From assembly GCF_006345805.1 (NCBI RefSeq), contig NC_043001.1:96720001-96784000 (forward strand): a stretch of DNA of 64,000 bases, written 5' to 3'. Source of the DNA: Octopus sinensis. Lineage: Eukaryota. The position numbers and the translations under genes were made by a program. Under the pieces are notes generated by a model. The model made no database searches. It had not been told where the DNA came from and saw nothing but the letters and a program-made list of their open reading frames with translations. Each line of letters opens with the position of its first letter. Position 1 is the stretch's first letter. Shown here piece by piece: positions 29,418-43,076 of this stretch.

Positions 29418-30139
29418 CCATGTATACGATTCTGTGTGTATGTGCGTGCATATGTTTTAATGTGCAAAAGAAGAATGCGTGCAGCAGAGTTATTTTTAAT
29501 TTTTGTCCTTGGAAGAAATAAAATTTCCCTGATCGCTTTCTTCCGAAAAAGTAATGATAGAGTCAACCACAATCTCTCCGATAGCAGCATATCTCAATAA
29601 ACTTGCGCCAAACATCGTCATAAAATACAAATACGCTACCCAAATGTCATTCCCGTTCTTTTAGCATTTCAAATGTGAACATCATCAGTTCATGTCTCGT
29701 TGGAAACGAGCAGAGGTCATCAGTCAATGATTCAAAATTTATGCATGGTTATGGCCATCCTTAGTTGACACCCGAGTGTCTATTTCATCAAATGCGCCTA
29801 ATCGTAAGCGGCCCTTAACAACGGGAGAAATATAGTCGCATATGAAAGATTATAGAGCAATGATGTAGTGTTTTCTGATTTCTTTTATCATCAGAAGCTA
29901 ATAGTGTTCTAGATAACACAAAGCAAAGTGATGAATAAAAGTATACTGAATTTTCTCTATTTGTACACCTGTTTGACAACAACAATTTGGGAATCTCAAA
30001 TGAATTTAGGCTCAGGCCGAATGTAAAGACTAGTGAGTGTTTTACGGCCCTTTTCGGTCATGTGCTTGTAAGTTCTATTGTGCGAGAGACTAACAGTTAT
30101 AGTTTTGTACATATTTAAAATAGTAAAAAATGTAAATAT

Positions 30140-31470
30140 TGCCCTTAAGAAAAATATTCATATTTTGGTTTTGGGTTTTTTGGCACATACACTCTTGCCA
30201 CTCTTTCGCGCAAGTTAAGATTTAGCGGAAAAGGCTTTGGGGCGGCGTTTGTGATGGCATCACAAATTACGTTGGTGATGGCATCACGTTGGTATGGAGA
30301 GGGAATTATAAAATAGCAAGAATAGGGAGAAGAGAAGAAAATGGATACCAAGAACAGAAAAATGTTGACACTACACGGAGCTTCCCAACCTAAGAGTAAC
30401 ACCGATAGACTGTACTTGTCCAGAAGGAAAGGAAGGAGAGGTTTCATCATTTGCCATGACTGTATCGAAGCAGTAAAAAACAGATTACTGTGGTATATAA
30501 AAAATGCTGTAGATCCACTATTGAAAACCACGAAGAAGGCTGGCGTCATCAAAACTAAAATTTGTGTAATGAAAGAAAAAATATAAGGAGAAATGAACAA
30601 AAAAATATATGCAAAAAAGAGAAAAAGCATAGAAGGAAAAATTGTACGGTCAGTTAGCAAGAGATGTGAACATGTAGACAGATACAGAGGACCGGTGGCT
30701 ATGGATGAAGAGGAATGGCCTGGACATAAACAGAAACGCTCATATGCGCAGCTCAAGAGCAAGCAATCAAGGACCAACTATATGAAGTGTAGAATAGACA
30801 ACACTACTGATAGCGGGAAATGCAGAATGTGTGGTAAGAGAGGCGAAACGGTATAGCACATCGTTAGCAAATGCCCGAAATTGGTACAACGGTAATAAAA
30901 AATAGACGCCATGACAATGTGGCAAGAATGTGGAAATCACAGACAACAAAGGACAAAGACGTGCTGCGAGCAAACTCCAGAAGAAGTCACCGAAAATGAG
31001 AATTGCAAAATTCTGTGGGATGAAACGATCCAGTACGATCACTCGACCAGATATCGGAAACCGGATGTGGTGAATAAAAAAAGTGGAAGAACATGCATCA
31101 TAATCGACATAGCATGCGTCGATGACAACAGGGTCAATGTGAAAGAAGAAAAAAATAACAACTATGACAATTTGAAGTGGGAAAAACGAAGGTTGTGGTC
31201 AATGAAGAGAATAGACATGATACGAATTGTAATTGGCTCACTTGGAAGTATCAGCACTCAGCTAACAACAGAACTGAAAAAGATCGGGGCAAATGTGAAG
31301 GTAGAATAACTGCAAAAATTAGAATTGCATGGAACTGCAAGAATTCTTCGCAGGGATCTTGAAGCATGGCAAGCAAGCAAGTGTCATTTTAGTTTGCTGG
31401 CTGTGGACAGATGACACTGTCCATCATACCCAGCAAAATAAGCTGTGAGTTTTCCTTGCAAAATGATAAT
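30140..31470 (+). mobile_element. R4/Dong-type non-LTR retrotransposon 3' part (post-RT region, CCHC finger, restriction-like endonuclease), degraded
   Basis: MDTKNRKMLT...DRLYLSRRKGRRG; CRMCGKRGETV*HIVSKC; RHDNVAR; ENENCKILWD...RKPD...IIDIA...KEEK...LKWE...IVIGSLG; ends in (TAA)n. Confidence 0.9.
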
Positions 31471-31549
31471 AATAATGATAATTATAATAATGATAATAAT
31501 AATAATAATAATATTATAATAATAATAATAATAATAATATAATATTATT

Positions 31550-31601
<52 letters not shown>

Positions 31602-31665
31602 TAATAATAGTAATAATAGTAGAATGGTATTATAAAAGAAAAAATATTTATTTCTGCAATAATAA

Positions 31666-31920
31666 GAAACAATTCCTATCATAGTAGGCGAATTAGGTAT
31701 GATAAAAAAATATTCAGACAAAAACATAACAAAAACATCAGGACTTACAGACACATATAACATACAGAAAATTGCACTACTGGGTACTGCACACATCCTA
31801 CGCAAAACATTTTCAATACAGTAACCATCAAAGCATCACAACAAATCACAGCACATACCCAAGGCACACAGAGCTGCGCTTGGTAGTGAAGTGAAAGCAG
31901 GCTATAGAAATAAAACTACT
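31666..31920 (+). mobile_element. 3' end of a second R4/Dong-type family
   Basis: ETIPIIVGELGMIKK...NIQKIALLGTAHILRKTFSIQ* (stop 31822-31824), short UTR, then (TAA)n. Confidence 0.85.
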
Positions 31921-31949
31921 GAATAATAATGATAATAATAATAATAATC

Positions 31950-31985
<36 letters not shown>

Positions 31986-32018
31986 GTAATAGTAATAGTA
32001 ATAGTAATAATAATAGTA

Positions 32019-32049
<31 letters not shown>

Positions 32050-32051
32050 TG

Positions 32052-32118
<67 letters not shown>
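31920..32118. repeat. (TAA)n microsatellite
   Basis: Direct reading; another tract at about 31460-31620. Confidence 0.95.
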
Positions 32119-32120
<2 letters not shown>

Positions 32121-32685
32121 GCCCTGATGCAGTACCAGGCAGTGGCTCTCATGGCTTCTGATCTTAACTGATTGGAAGTGTTATCATGTACATTGTTTTG
32201 TCTTGGTATAAAAGATGGGCTACAGCAAATATTCTGCTCAATACCACAGATTTGCTTGTCAGTTGTTTGACCTTAACCAGTTGGGCATGTCCCTTAGTGG
32301 CTGACGATATGTGCATCTCTGATCACGAGCAGAAGTAGTGGGGGAGCATCATAGCCATGTGTTGAGAGGGATTGTTTGGGGTTTGAATAGTTCACCTCTG
32401 GAAACATGGGTGGTTCTTTCAACATCCTTAAACAACCTTTATTCAGGGACCGTTTGAGCGGGATGGGCCACTCAACCTGAAGAAAATTCTAACTGGGCCC
32501 CACCTGCAAGGTCATGTGCTGTTTATCTTGATATGAGATCACCATGTCGCGCACATATGGTTGTGATGCATGTGCCTGGTGTACCTTTATCAGACGGGTA
32601 GTCATGATGGGTATATTGGGCTTCGTATATTTTACCCCAGTGTCACTTTGATGGCATGAACTGCACTCTCACTCAATAATAATAA
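32119..32685. mobile_element. Apparently non-coding ~565-bp interspersed element embedded in (TAA)n
   Basis: Higher-GC block with sharp edges and (TAA)n on both sides; no recognisable protein motif. Confidence 0.55.
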
Positions 32686-34559
32686 TAATAATAATAATAT
32701 CAGGTGGGACTCTTCTGCCAACTGAACGTAGATGCATACTGAATTATTTTATGTAGTTTATTGGGCGTTATTTTTTCTCATTTGAATTAAAGCCATCATA
32801 ACTAGAAATACGTTGAGCTATGTACAGTCATACATCTTTTATGAGAGAATTTCTCAAAATCCCGACTTAAGATTAAGTGACAATATCACTAATTTACAAA
32901 GTAGATAGAAATGAAAACATTAGATATACAGCAAGAAAACAACTGTAAGATGTTACATTAATGCAAGAAGTAGCTCAGTGGCTATAACAATAAAATTGTT
33001 GCAAGGCACCAGTAAAAAATATGATCTCAATCCCTATGTGGACATTTTTACTAGGGACAAGTAAGGAGCTACCGAACACATTTAATAACATACTAAATGG
33101 CTGAACCCGGAAAGAACGTCTGACTTGCTCACTTAGAGTAAATCTATCTTATGGAGAAAATCTTATTCTCCAATGTTAACGCAACAACAAACTCTTAGTA
33201 AAAAAAAAGGAAATCATAAAAGCTTTTCTAAAGGCCTACAAAAGGTTAATTCCAGCTTCTGTCAGTAAATATCTTTGAAAATAGCTTATTTCGTGAGAGG
33301 TAAAGATGTGTTGCAAGTTTTATCAGGCAATCCAGTTCAATTAGTGGGTAATAAATCCATTAGCGAAGAACAGAGAGAAAACGTAGGGTCACGCTATAAG
33401 ATTGGTTCAGTGTGAAAAAATTTCTGACAGTGGTTCCATTGCACAGGAATCTTGGAAATAACCACGAATAAGATAATAAGGAGATACATTAAAGACCATG
33501 AGAAAATGTCAAGCAATAATGGTATTATAAAAGAAGGCTTTATAAAAGAATGGTATTATAAAAGAAAAAAAATATTTATTCCTGCAATGAAATCAGTAGC
33601 AAACAATTGCCACATATGTAAAACAAAACAGAAAGAATTAAGGAACAAGTTCTACATGAAAAAGATAAGTATGTTAAATAGAACTTCTGAAACTAGAGAT
33701 GGTCACTCATTCGCAAAGAATTCCTAAATATGAAAAAAGTTAATGATTGCTTAAACAAAGCAAACAGTTCGATTCCATCAAAAAACATTTGCTTTCAGGA
33801 AGTAGGTAAAAGTAAAAGAGAAAGCCTTCAAGAGAGATCAGAAACTTCTGAATGAATATGAATATCCAAGGAATTGCTACGGACGGTTACTGTTAAAAAC
33901 AAAAAGGATGCGTTTTATATAACGCCTCTGAGGTTAAATGAACCCCAAAATTAGCCAGGAAGGTATATGGAAAAAAGGACAAAAAAAAAAAGAAAAAGTG
34001 ACATGACCAAGAAATCATAATGTTCCGGAGTTCTGTTTAAAATATTTCATATGTGAACTTAAAAATGTTCTCACACTTATTTTAATAATCGTCACTTTGC
34101 CTTTGATTATTTAATACCATCTTGTCAAAGCCTTGCACTTGCCTGCGAATTTATTAATTACTGTTTACATTTAAGGGTTGCAGCTCTTTGTGGTTTATGA
34201 ATGACGGGTTCGCTGGCTGAAGATTATTAAGCGTAACAACGCAGAAGAACGTGTACTACAGTTCAATGTTATCATTCATAGCTCAACTTGATGTCTGTTT
34301 TTGCACACCTTCTCAATAAGAGAAACTTTTTCTCCAGGTGTCAGCGTATATGAACGCATTAGAATATAGCTGTACACATGTTTACTAATAATCATATTTA
34401 TTACCATGTTAGTGGAAGCAGCACATAACAGGCACAATGCTAAAACCAACTTAATCCACAAGGCATAAGAAACAGCAGACATACCTAAAACCGACCTTCT
34501 ATAACTTAATAAAATAAAACGAAAAAAAATTGCAGTGTTCAAGCAAATATCTAACCCCC

Positions 34560-35030
34560 CCCCAGCTAATTTCCAGAACAGACGGATTGCTTCAAAGGAT
34601 CATGTTGTAAAGATCAATTATTGATTAACAAAACCTTAAGGGAAGACTGTACAAGACAGAGGACAGGTCTGAAAATGGCATATATTGATTTCCTGAAGGC
34701 TTTTGTTAATGATTTTCACACATGGATCCTCTAAGCAAAGTAGCATCAATAATAAGAAGATACGTTAAACATGTCATATGTAATAGGCAAGCATTTCTCC
34801 ATATACTGATCAAACAGGCATATAAAATATCCATTTCTGTATTAAACGAAGTATATTCCAAGGGAACATCATCACTCCACAAGCATTTTTTTTTACCTAA
34901 CACTAACAACTTTTTACTCACATGTTACAACATACAGAACTTGGATATAAATGGTACGGGAGAATAAATAACCTTCTTGTCTCTAAGGATGGTTTGAAGT
35001 TATTAATAAATGAACAGAAGTACTGCCACA
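34560..35030 (+). pseudogene. R4/Dong-type reverse transcriptase relic
   Basis: PEQTDCFKGSCCKDQLLINK...LKMAYIDFLKAF and TELGYKWYGRINNLLVSKDGLKL match RT motifs EQKGC...KDQLLINK, WIDYKKAYDS and INHLLYMDDLKL; catalytic DD lost. Confidence 0.8.
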
Positions 35031-35347
35031 ATATTACACGGATCTACAAAATGTATTTGATTAGCATATTGCATCCGAATATAGAAAATATACGTTATAT
35101 TAATTCAAGAAACAGACACTTTCAAATAGTTCAACATTAACGAACTAGCCAGAGTAGAGCACATGGATATAATGTTATCGACAAAATATGACAGACGTTT
35201 CATATTAATACAGGAACAAATGAAAAAGTAATGTCGTCGTAGTTATATATAAGATTGTGAATCGTTTGCTAAATGAATTATCGGGGTTAACTGGAGACAT
35301 AAAGAAAATGGACGCATTTTGAATCCATCCTCGAAAATATGATTTGT

Positions 35348-35458
35348 GATTGGCTATGTGGTAAGGAGCGTGCTTCCCAATAACTTGGTTCTGGGTTCAG
35401 TCCCACCGCGTGGTACCTTGGGCAAGTGTCTTCTATTATAGCCTCTGGCCGAATAAGG

Positions 35459-35500
<42 letters not shown>

Positions 35501-35710
35501 TATGTATGTAGTTGTGTGTCTGTTTGTCCCCCCATCATTGCTCGACAACAGATTCTGGTGTATTTATTTTCCCGTATCCTAGAGTTTCAACAAAACAGGC
35601 CGATAGAATAGGTACTAGGCTTACAAAGGATAAGTTCTGGTGTTTATTTCTTCGACTAAAGGTGGTGCTCCAGCATGTCTGCTGTCAAAAGATTAAAACA
35701 AGTAAAAGTA
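35348..35710 (+). mobile_element. tRNA-derived SINE (microsatellite-containing), internally deleted
   Basis: Homologous to 49814-50252. Confidence 0.85.
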
Positions 35711-35714
35711 CTTC

Positions 35715-36092
35715 TAAAACGTCGTGGCATTCCGTCGGTTACGATGGCGAGGGTTCAAGTTGATCCGATCAACGGAACAGTCTGCTCGTGAAATTAACGT
35801 GCAAGTGGCTGAGCACTCCACAGACACATCTACCCTTAACGTAGTTCTCGGGGATATTCAATGTGACACAGTGTATGACATGGCTGGCCTGTTGAAATAG
35901 AGGTACAACAGAAATACGAAGAAAGAGTGAGAGAATGTTGTGGTGAAAGAGTACACCACCTCCTCCTTTCGGAGCCTCGCGGAGCTTTAGATGTTTTCGC
36001 TCAATAAACACTCACAACGCCTGGTATAGGAATCGAAACCGCGATCCGACGACCGCGTGTTCGCTGCCCTAACCACTGGTCCATTGCTCCTC
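35715..36092 (-). mobile_element. tRNA-Arg-like SINE (OR-type), tail variant 2
   Basis: Same head and body as 16262-16640 up to CTCACTCTTTCTT, then a different tail. Confidence 0.8.
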
Positions 36093-36200
36093 CTCAGTTA
36101 AATCAAAAAGTATAAAAGTATAGAATGTATACAGGAAACTAAGTGTCTTCTGCAAATAGAAAGCCATTAAAAAATATCCACCGTTGGCCAATAAAAATGT

Positions 36201-36419
36201 CTCTTTTACTCTTTTACTTGTTTCAGTCATTTGACTGTGGCCATGCTGGAGCACTGCCTTTAGTCGAGCAAATCGCCTCCAGGACTTATTCTTTGGAAGC
36301 CTAGTACTTATTCTATCGGTCTCTTTTTTCCGAACTTTGCCGAACCGCTAAGTTACGGGAACGTAAACACATGTTGGTAGGACAAATGTATACACACATA
36401 CATACATACATACATACAT

Positions 36420-36450
<31 letters not shown>

Positions 36451-36456
36451 CACACG

Positions 36457-36488
<32 letters not shown>

Positions 36489-36660
36489 CATATAGACGAC
36501 GGTCTTTCAGTTTCCGTCTACCAAATCCACTCACAAGCCTTTGGTCGGCCCGAGGCTATAGTAGGAGACACTTACCCAAGGCGTCACGCAGTGTGGTCAA
36601 ACCCGGAACCATGTGGTTTGTAAGCAAGCTACTTTCTACACAGCCACTCCTACGCCTATA
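36201..36660 (-). mobile_element. Full-length tRNA-derived SINE with internal microsatellite
   Basis: Head ATAGGCGTAGGAGTGGCTGTGTAGAAAG; tail ...CCAGCATGGCCACAGTCAAATGACTGAAACAAGTAAAAGAG. Confidence 0.9.
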
Positions 36661-37326
36661 ATGTCTGGTAATGAACATGTCTTGCTAATTTTTGTACAAG
36701 ACCAGTAATTTACAAGGGAGGGTCAGGATCATTACACCGACCCCAGTATTTGACAAGTACCTATTTTAGTGAACCTGAAGTGAAAAAAGGGAAAAAAAAT
36801 CGACCGTAGCCGAATTCGAACTCAGTCCACATGTAGCCCCCCAAAATACCACTAAACATTTTGGCCGACGTGTTAACGATTCTGCCAGCTTGCTGCCTTA
36901 ATCTCGTAAAAAATAACAGAAAACCGATATAAATTGCTACAAAACACGAATAGAAAACAAAAAAAAATGTCAGCATCTAAAAACAAGAGTTTTCTCTCTT
37001 CATTGAATTCAATAAATATAAAACTAGCTGAAATAACAGAAAGTTGTGAGGACAAAAAGAGAAATACATTCTTTTATGTCGTAAATTTATTTACTCACAA
37101 CTGTTTAATTGCTAGCATCACGCATCGAGAAGCGAAAACTGAATATCCTGAAGTATGCAGAAAAATTGGAATTCTACAATTGTCTTTAGAATACTGCAAA
37201 ACTAAGATATTTAATATCTTAAAGTGAAATGAAAGCCAGTTTGGAATTCAAACATGAAGACAATAGGTGTTTGATTAGGAGAAATTTTAGCTTTCATGAT
37301 AACGAAACAAGAACAACAATAATGCA

Positions 37327-37385
<59 letters not shown>

Positions 37386-38212
37386 GAAGAAGAAGAAAAG
37401 GAAGCAGTAACAGCAACTACAACACTAGCAGCTGCAGCAATAACAACGACAATAGAATCATTACTAGCAGTAACATCGCAAAAATAAGCCTACCGCCGCC
37501 ATCACTTCTAACAGTCACCGGAGCAATGTCAAATGGAACATCAACAAACAGGAACAATAAACAAGAAGGAGAAAAGAAAATTGTAAATAAATAAACGAGG
37601 AAGACATGAAGTAAACTACAAAGGAAGACAGTGTTCTGAATGGAAAGTTATAAACTATTTCTTATTTTGTTATAATTAGATCTTATTCTTTACTTTCATA
37701 AAACTTTTCTTCTTTTGCATTGACGAGTTCTTATTTTGAAGGCGGCGAGTTATGTTGATGTCGTTGATGCTATATCGTTGTTGTTGTTGTTGTTGCTGTT
37801 GTTATTTTTGAGTTGGTAAAGTGTAAGATGGTGACAGTTGTGGAAGTAGTTTTCCGGTTTGTGATTTAATGAAGTACAATACCATGCCATTATCACTGAA
37901 ACCACGCAAGCGTCGTCAGCAATAAACAGCGTCGATAATGGCAATGAAATGCAACAGCGACAACAAAATGAAAAGGAAAGCAACGCTGACAACAACGGCT
38001 GTACAGCGATCGTCGTCGTCGTCATCATCATTATTTTACAACGTTCTCGAAAATGAGTTTAACAGCCACAGAACTAAAAATGCTAACCTCATTGGCAACA
38101 GTAAGACCCTTAGCCTCAGCAATTACAATAGCAACAACTAAATGAAAAACAACAGCACCAGCAGCATCAAAAGCAGCAACAGCAACAACAACAACTACTA
38201 CTACTACTACTA

Positions 38213-38257
<45 letters not shown>

Positions 38258-38262
38258 TTACA

Positions 38263-38294
<32 letters not shown>

Positions 38295-38296
<2 letters not shown>

Positions 38297-38460
38297 CCCC
38301 TATTGGGAGTTTTAATTGTTACTTATATTTCGTTGTTATCCTGCTTTTGTAGACGGACTTTTTTTCTAACGGACAAAACCCTTTGTAACTTTCTTCCTGC
38401 GTTTTGTCCCTTTATGTTTTAATTGATTTTTGTTAGCCCTTGTGGCCAATAAACGAATTA
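38295..38460 (+). mobile_element. Possible LINE 3' UTR fragment in (TTA)n
   Basis: Ends AGCCCTTGTGGCCAATAAAC, similar to the Tx1-type end at about 45165-45190; flanked by (TTA)n. Confidence 0.4.
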
Positions 38461-38505
<45 letters not shown>

Positions 38506-38985
38506 TACTTTTAATCTGAGTGTTTGTTACAATCACTTGCCGAGACACACCCAGTGCCCTAGGGCGAGTGAAGGATAAGAGATGTGACTGAAAGCTTGGG
38601 GAGGGGAAGTGGCGGAGGCAGTAGCGAAATATCTTCATGTAATACAACACAGACATTGAAATGGATAGGGTTTTTCTAAGGAGGTAGGCAGTACTTGTCA
38701 GCACAATCTTTTGGATTTCTCTGAGACATGGTTCTCCTGGGATCTTATCTCCATGTTTCTGACATCATTTTTTTAATCATATCTAGGGCAGCTACTATAT
38801 CAGAAACAGTTCTCGTTTGCATTCTTCCAGTGTCGACAAATAAAATGGCAGACTAAGATTAGGTCCTATTCTTCTCTCGGAGTCTGATATGTTGGTCACT
38901 GAAAAGAGTTCTGGCGACAGTTTATAGCATCTCTTTCTTCGGACATGAGAAATAATTTCGTGAGGGGTTAACAGCCTCAAACGAA
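38506..38985 (-). mobile_element. 3' end of a third R4/Dong-type family
   Basis: Minus strand ...AALDMIKK...IPGEPCLREIQKIVLTSTAYLLRKTLSI, then UTR and (TAA)n. Confidence 0.8.
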
Positions 38986-40876
38986 ATACGTATATACCGG
39001 TGGAACTTGTTTAAAAGCATTATTGTGTAGTACAGTAACGAGCCGCAATATGAAAAGAATGACTGCCTTCAAAGCTCTTTCCTCTTTCAGAATGATGTAA
39101 CCTAGTTTCCATTAACATACAAAACTGATATATTTTCCTATATATTCATATGAAGCGCATATAGCAGCGTCTATAAAATAACGAGCGACTAACTAATGAG
39201 CTGGGATTTTATATCCGCTTAGCTACACATTGTTACATCGATGTCCAAATCATATAGCCCTCCAGCGGACCAATCTATCTCGGTAGGCAACTGCCACAGT
39301 TCAGTGACAATTCTATAAAATCTTGGCTCACTTGGTTCACTGTTGTTTTACTTGTGTTTTGCCATGTAATGAGCACATGGGATGCATATAGAGCAGATCT
39401 ATTGCAGAAAGTATTCTAGTCAGGACGTTTACAGCTTTTACATCACTGTCTACTTCCATATATCCTCCATTTATTTAAAACCCATTTGGACACAGTTTTT
39501 AAAAAAATTGCTGCTATTTCTAGCAGATAAAAAGGAAATTTTAAAGTTTGCGTTGCTGGTTTGAAATTTTTGGCATGTAGAAAAGTAACGGGAAGCTTGC
39601 AGCAGAATTATTTGAACGATGGAATGAGAATGAAAAGGCACACATAAAAGGCACACAAGTACTGCATAAATGTACCATGGCAAGATTTGAAATCAAAATT
39701 CAATGTAACGTCTGTAATTAGTCCATCACCCTGGAGGAACGAAGTCGAAATTCTCTCAATGTGTTTATACTACAGATACAAAACCTGAAATTTGCGGGGT
39801 GGAGTGGCTAATCGATTACATCGATGCTCTTACTCAACTGGTACTTATTTTATCGACCCTGAAAAGACGAAAGGTAAAATCGGCCATGACGGATTTTGAA
39901 CTTAGGATGTGACGCTGGGGGAAATACCACCATATGTTTTTGTGTAAACGATGTTACCAGCAGCTGCTTTCTTTTCTACGTCTTCCGATACTGTTGGAGC
40001 AAACGCGGTAAATCTGACTGCAATGCTTAGAACACAATGAACTACACTAAAGACATCTAAGTACAAGGTCATAGTGTTACATAAAGTGGACAAATTGACT
40101 AATACTCAAATATACCACGGTGGGATTCGATATCGGAACGGAAAGATTCGGTAGAATGAAAGTAAAATAGACCTGGTGGAGATTTGAACTAAGATGGAAT
40201 AAATATCTATGTTATTTTTTCTGATACCCTAACGACTATTCCAACTTACCACTTGAAAATAATAGCTTTGCGGCCCCTTAACCTCATCTGCAGCGATGAA
40301 ATGCATCTTTTTATATACCTACATCTACACTGCGTCTTTGACACAAAATAAAAAAGGGTTCCTGGTTCGAGCCTAGCCCAGTGCTATCCGCGTGGTAGTG
40401 AGGTAAATCAGCTATGCTTGGGCCAGGCATGTGATAGAGACTGAGGAGATTTAGTAATGTTTTACTCTATGGTTTATGTCACAGTGAAGGTGGTGAGGAA
40501 ACTAACTGAATGGCTCCTGTAAATAAAGACATACTATCGCCTTCAAATAATTACGGATCAAATTTCCGAGATTTCATTTCAGCGCTTCAATATAATCACA
40601 TAAGAAAAAGAAAGAAGTGAAAAAGAAACAGATAAACGAAAATAGAAGAAAATCAAATTAAAATCTATGGCTTGCATCATCAAGGCAATCGGAACGTATT
40701 ATTTACTTTTACAACACATATCAAATGTTTAGTGTGCACACAGGTGATTAAATCCATCGAAAAATCGAAATTGCATCGAATTATTTTACTTGACGAAACC
40801 GTACTTGTTCCATTTTGTAGATACGCAATCTGTGATAACTGTACGAATGAAATAGAATCTATCTTACTCTTCAAGT

Positions 40877-40983
40877 GTATGGGCGGTTGGAAGGATCGTT
40901 AGGTATGTGCGGTTGGAAGGATCGTTAGGTATGTGCGGTTGGAAGGGTCGTTAGGTATGTGCGGTTGGAAGGATCGTTAGGTA
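40877..40983. repeat. 26-bp minisatellite GTATGTGCGGTTGGAAGGATCGTTAG x4
   Basis: Direct reading; no spacers. Confidence 0.95.
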
Positions 40984-41254
40984 CATCTGCTACGAATTCA
41001 AATGTTGCTGTCATCAACTGAGACAGTTATATTTCCGGAGTCGATAAAGAAAGTACTATCATGTTCTAAGGTTGATTGTTTTTCTTTCCCTCTCACAGTT
41101 ATACAATCGGCTTAGGTGCGTTGCTACAATACTGTGATGATTCTCTAACTGTGATGATTCTCTAACGAGTAGAGAATAAGTTGAGGGGTAACAGCCTCTT
41201 ATCATCGAACCTGTTATAGCAGCCACCCAAATGTACCGGCCGATGTGCTTAACA

Positions 41255-41450
41255 ACACGGGATTTATTTCGTCTGCCGTTACGTTCTGAGTTCAAATTCC
41301 GCCGAAGTCGACTTTGCCTTTCATCCTTTCGGGGTCGATTAAATAAGTACCAGTTACGCATTGGCGTCGATGTAATTGACTTAATCCGTGTCTGTCCTTG
41401 TTTGTCCCCTCTGTGTTTAGCTCCTTGTGGGTAGTACAGAAATAGGTTTA
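41255..41450 (+). mobile_element. tRNA-derived SINE unit (15135 family)
   Basis: TATTTCGTCTGCCGTTACGTTCTGAGTTCAAATTCCGCCG...CCTTGTGGGTAGTACAGAAATAGG. Confidence 0.88.
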
Positions 41451-42330
41451 AAGACAAAGTGGCATTCATTGATATGATTGGAATACTTTTATAGATTTCT
41501 TTCACAAGAAATCTTAATACTGGGATTCACCCAATTAATTGACACGGGTATATTACTGGTAATATATTATTGATGTCAATGTCAAATCCCATCTAAACTT
41601 CGAAACGAAACTGGAAAATAACAACTATAAGATAGCGATCTATTAGATTATTTTAAAATGTCTAGTGTGCTATTAGAGAAAAATAAAACTTGCCACACCA
41701 CACGATCCTGATACTTTGACAGTGATGTACATAAAGTGGTTCTTTCTTTGTAAACTCCGAACACGAAGATCAACAAATCACATTTGTCTTCCTTTGTAAC
41801 GACAGAGGTTAAATTGGAAAGAGCAGTACGCAGTGATTTTTCTAACATAAGGAGTGTGTACGATGACAGCATATATTACGTGAGAGAATATCGGTTTAGA
41901 CTAACAGCACAAATCTGCATACTAGTGCAGTAAAAGTGTCTGCAGGTGAGAACTGACCTTGAATCTATCATAGGAAAGTAGGTGTTTGGAAAGTAGGTGG
42001 GCGTTTATGCAGAAAGTTTCACTGAGATAATAGAACAATCTTTGTATGAATAGAAGGCAGAAGTTTTGCTATAAATATCGACATCCTGAAATTATTTATG
42101 GGAGAACGATTACTCAAAAGCCACACATACTACGGTAAATACACGCACACACATATATATATATATTTGTGTGTGTGAGTGTGTGTGAGTGTGTTTGCGT
42201 GTGTGTGTGTGTATGTATTTATATACACACATAGATATATAATTATATACATATTCGTGTGTTTATACATGCATATAGATGTATATGTATATATGTGTGA
42301 GTGTAATCGGGTTTACACACACAGAAGGCA

Positions 42331-42362
<32 letters not shown>

Positions 42363-42759
42363 ACACATGTATTCTCTATCATTGTTTCATGCAGACTTAG
42401 GACTGCGGCTATGCTGGAGCACCGCCTTTAAGTGTTTAGTCGAATAAATGGACCCCAGGACTTATTTTAAAGCACAATATATATTATGTCGGACTCTTTT
42501 TGCCGAACTACGATGTTACAGGGACACACATACATGAAAATCCCTTGTCGATTGCTGGTGGGGACAAAAATATCGCAAACACAATGATGCACACACACTC
42601 AAATACACCTATGAAATCGCCATACAAGTTTTTAGTTGGCTTTGAGATATAATAGAAGACACTTGGTCAAGGTGCCAGCAAGCTTCTCAATTACATGACC
42701 TGCACCTCAATGGACACGTGCGCGTTGGCATATAATGTATAAGTATTTACTTAAGAATA

Positions 42760-43023
42760 TTCTTTTTTTTCAGTCATTTGACTGCGGCCATGCTGGAGCA
42801 CCGCCTTTAGTCGAGCAAATCGACCCCAGAATTTATTTTTTTGAAGCCTTGTACTGTTTCTATCGCTCTGTTTTGCTGAACCGCTAATATACGGGGACGT
42901 AAACACATCAACATCGGTTGGCAAGCGATGTTGTGGGACAAAAACATACACACAAACATACACATAGACATGCATATACATATATACATGCATACACTCA
43001 CGCACGCACACACACGCACACGC

Positions 43024-43076
<53 letters not shown>

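Noticed and set aside
29625-29675. Minus-strand CTGATGA...GAAA
   Set aside because: Helices I and II do not pair; chance match.
30145-30777. 210-aa minus-strand hydrophobic ORF
   Set aside because: Antisense to the R4/Dong relic on the plus strand.
33100-33970. Upstream part of the R4/Dong RT relic
   Set aside because: Purine-rich and plausibly the same element, but I could not identify a diagnostic motif, so it is left unannotated.
37320-38300. Q/N/T/S-rich low-complexity ORFs
   Set aside because: Degenerate trinucleotide repeats with stops; no exon structure.
40877-40983. CRISPR-like array (also the 12-mer at 26281)
   Set aside because: Head-to-tail repeats with no spacers, in a eukaryotic context.
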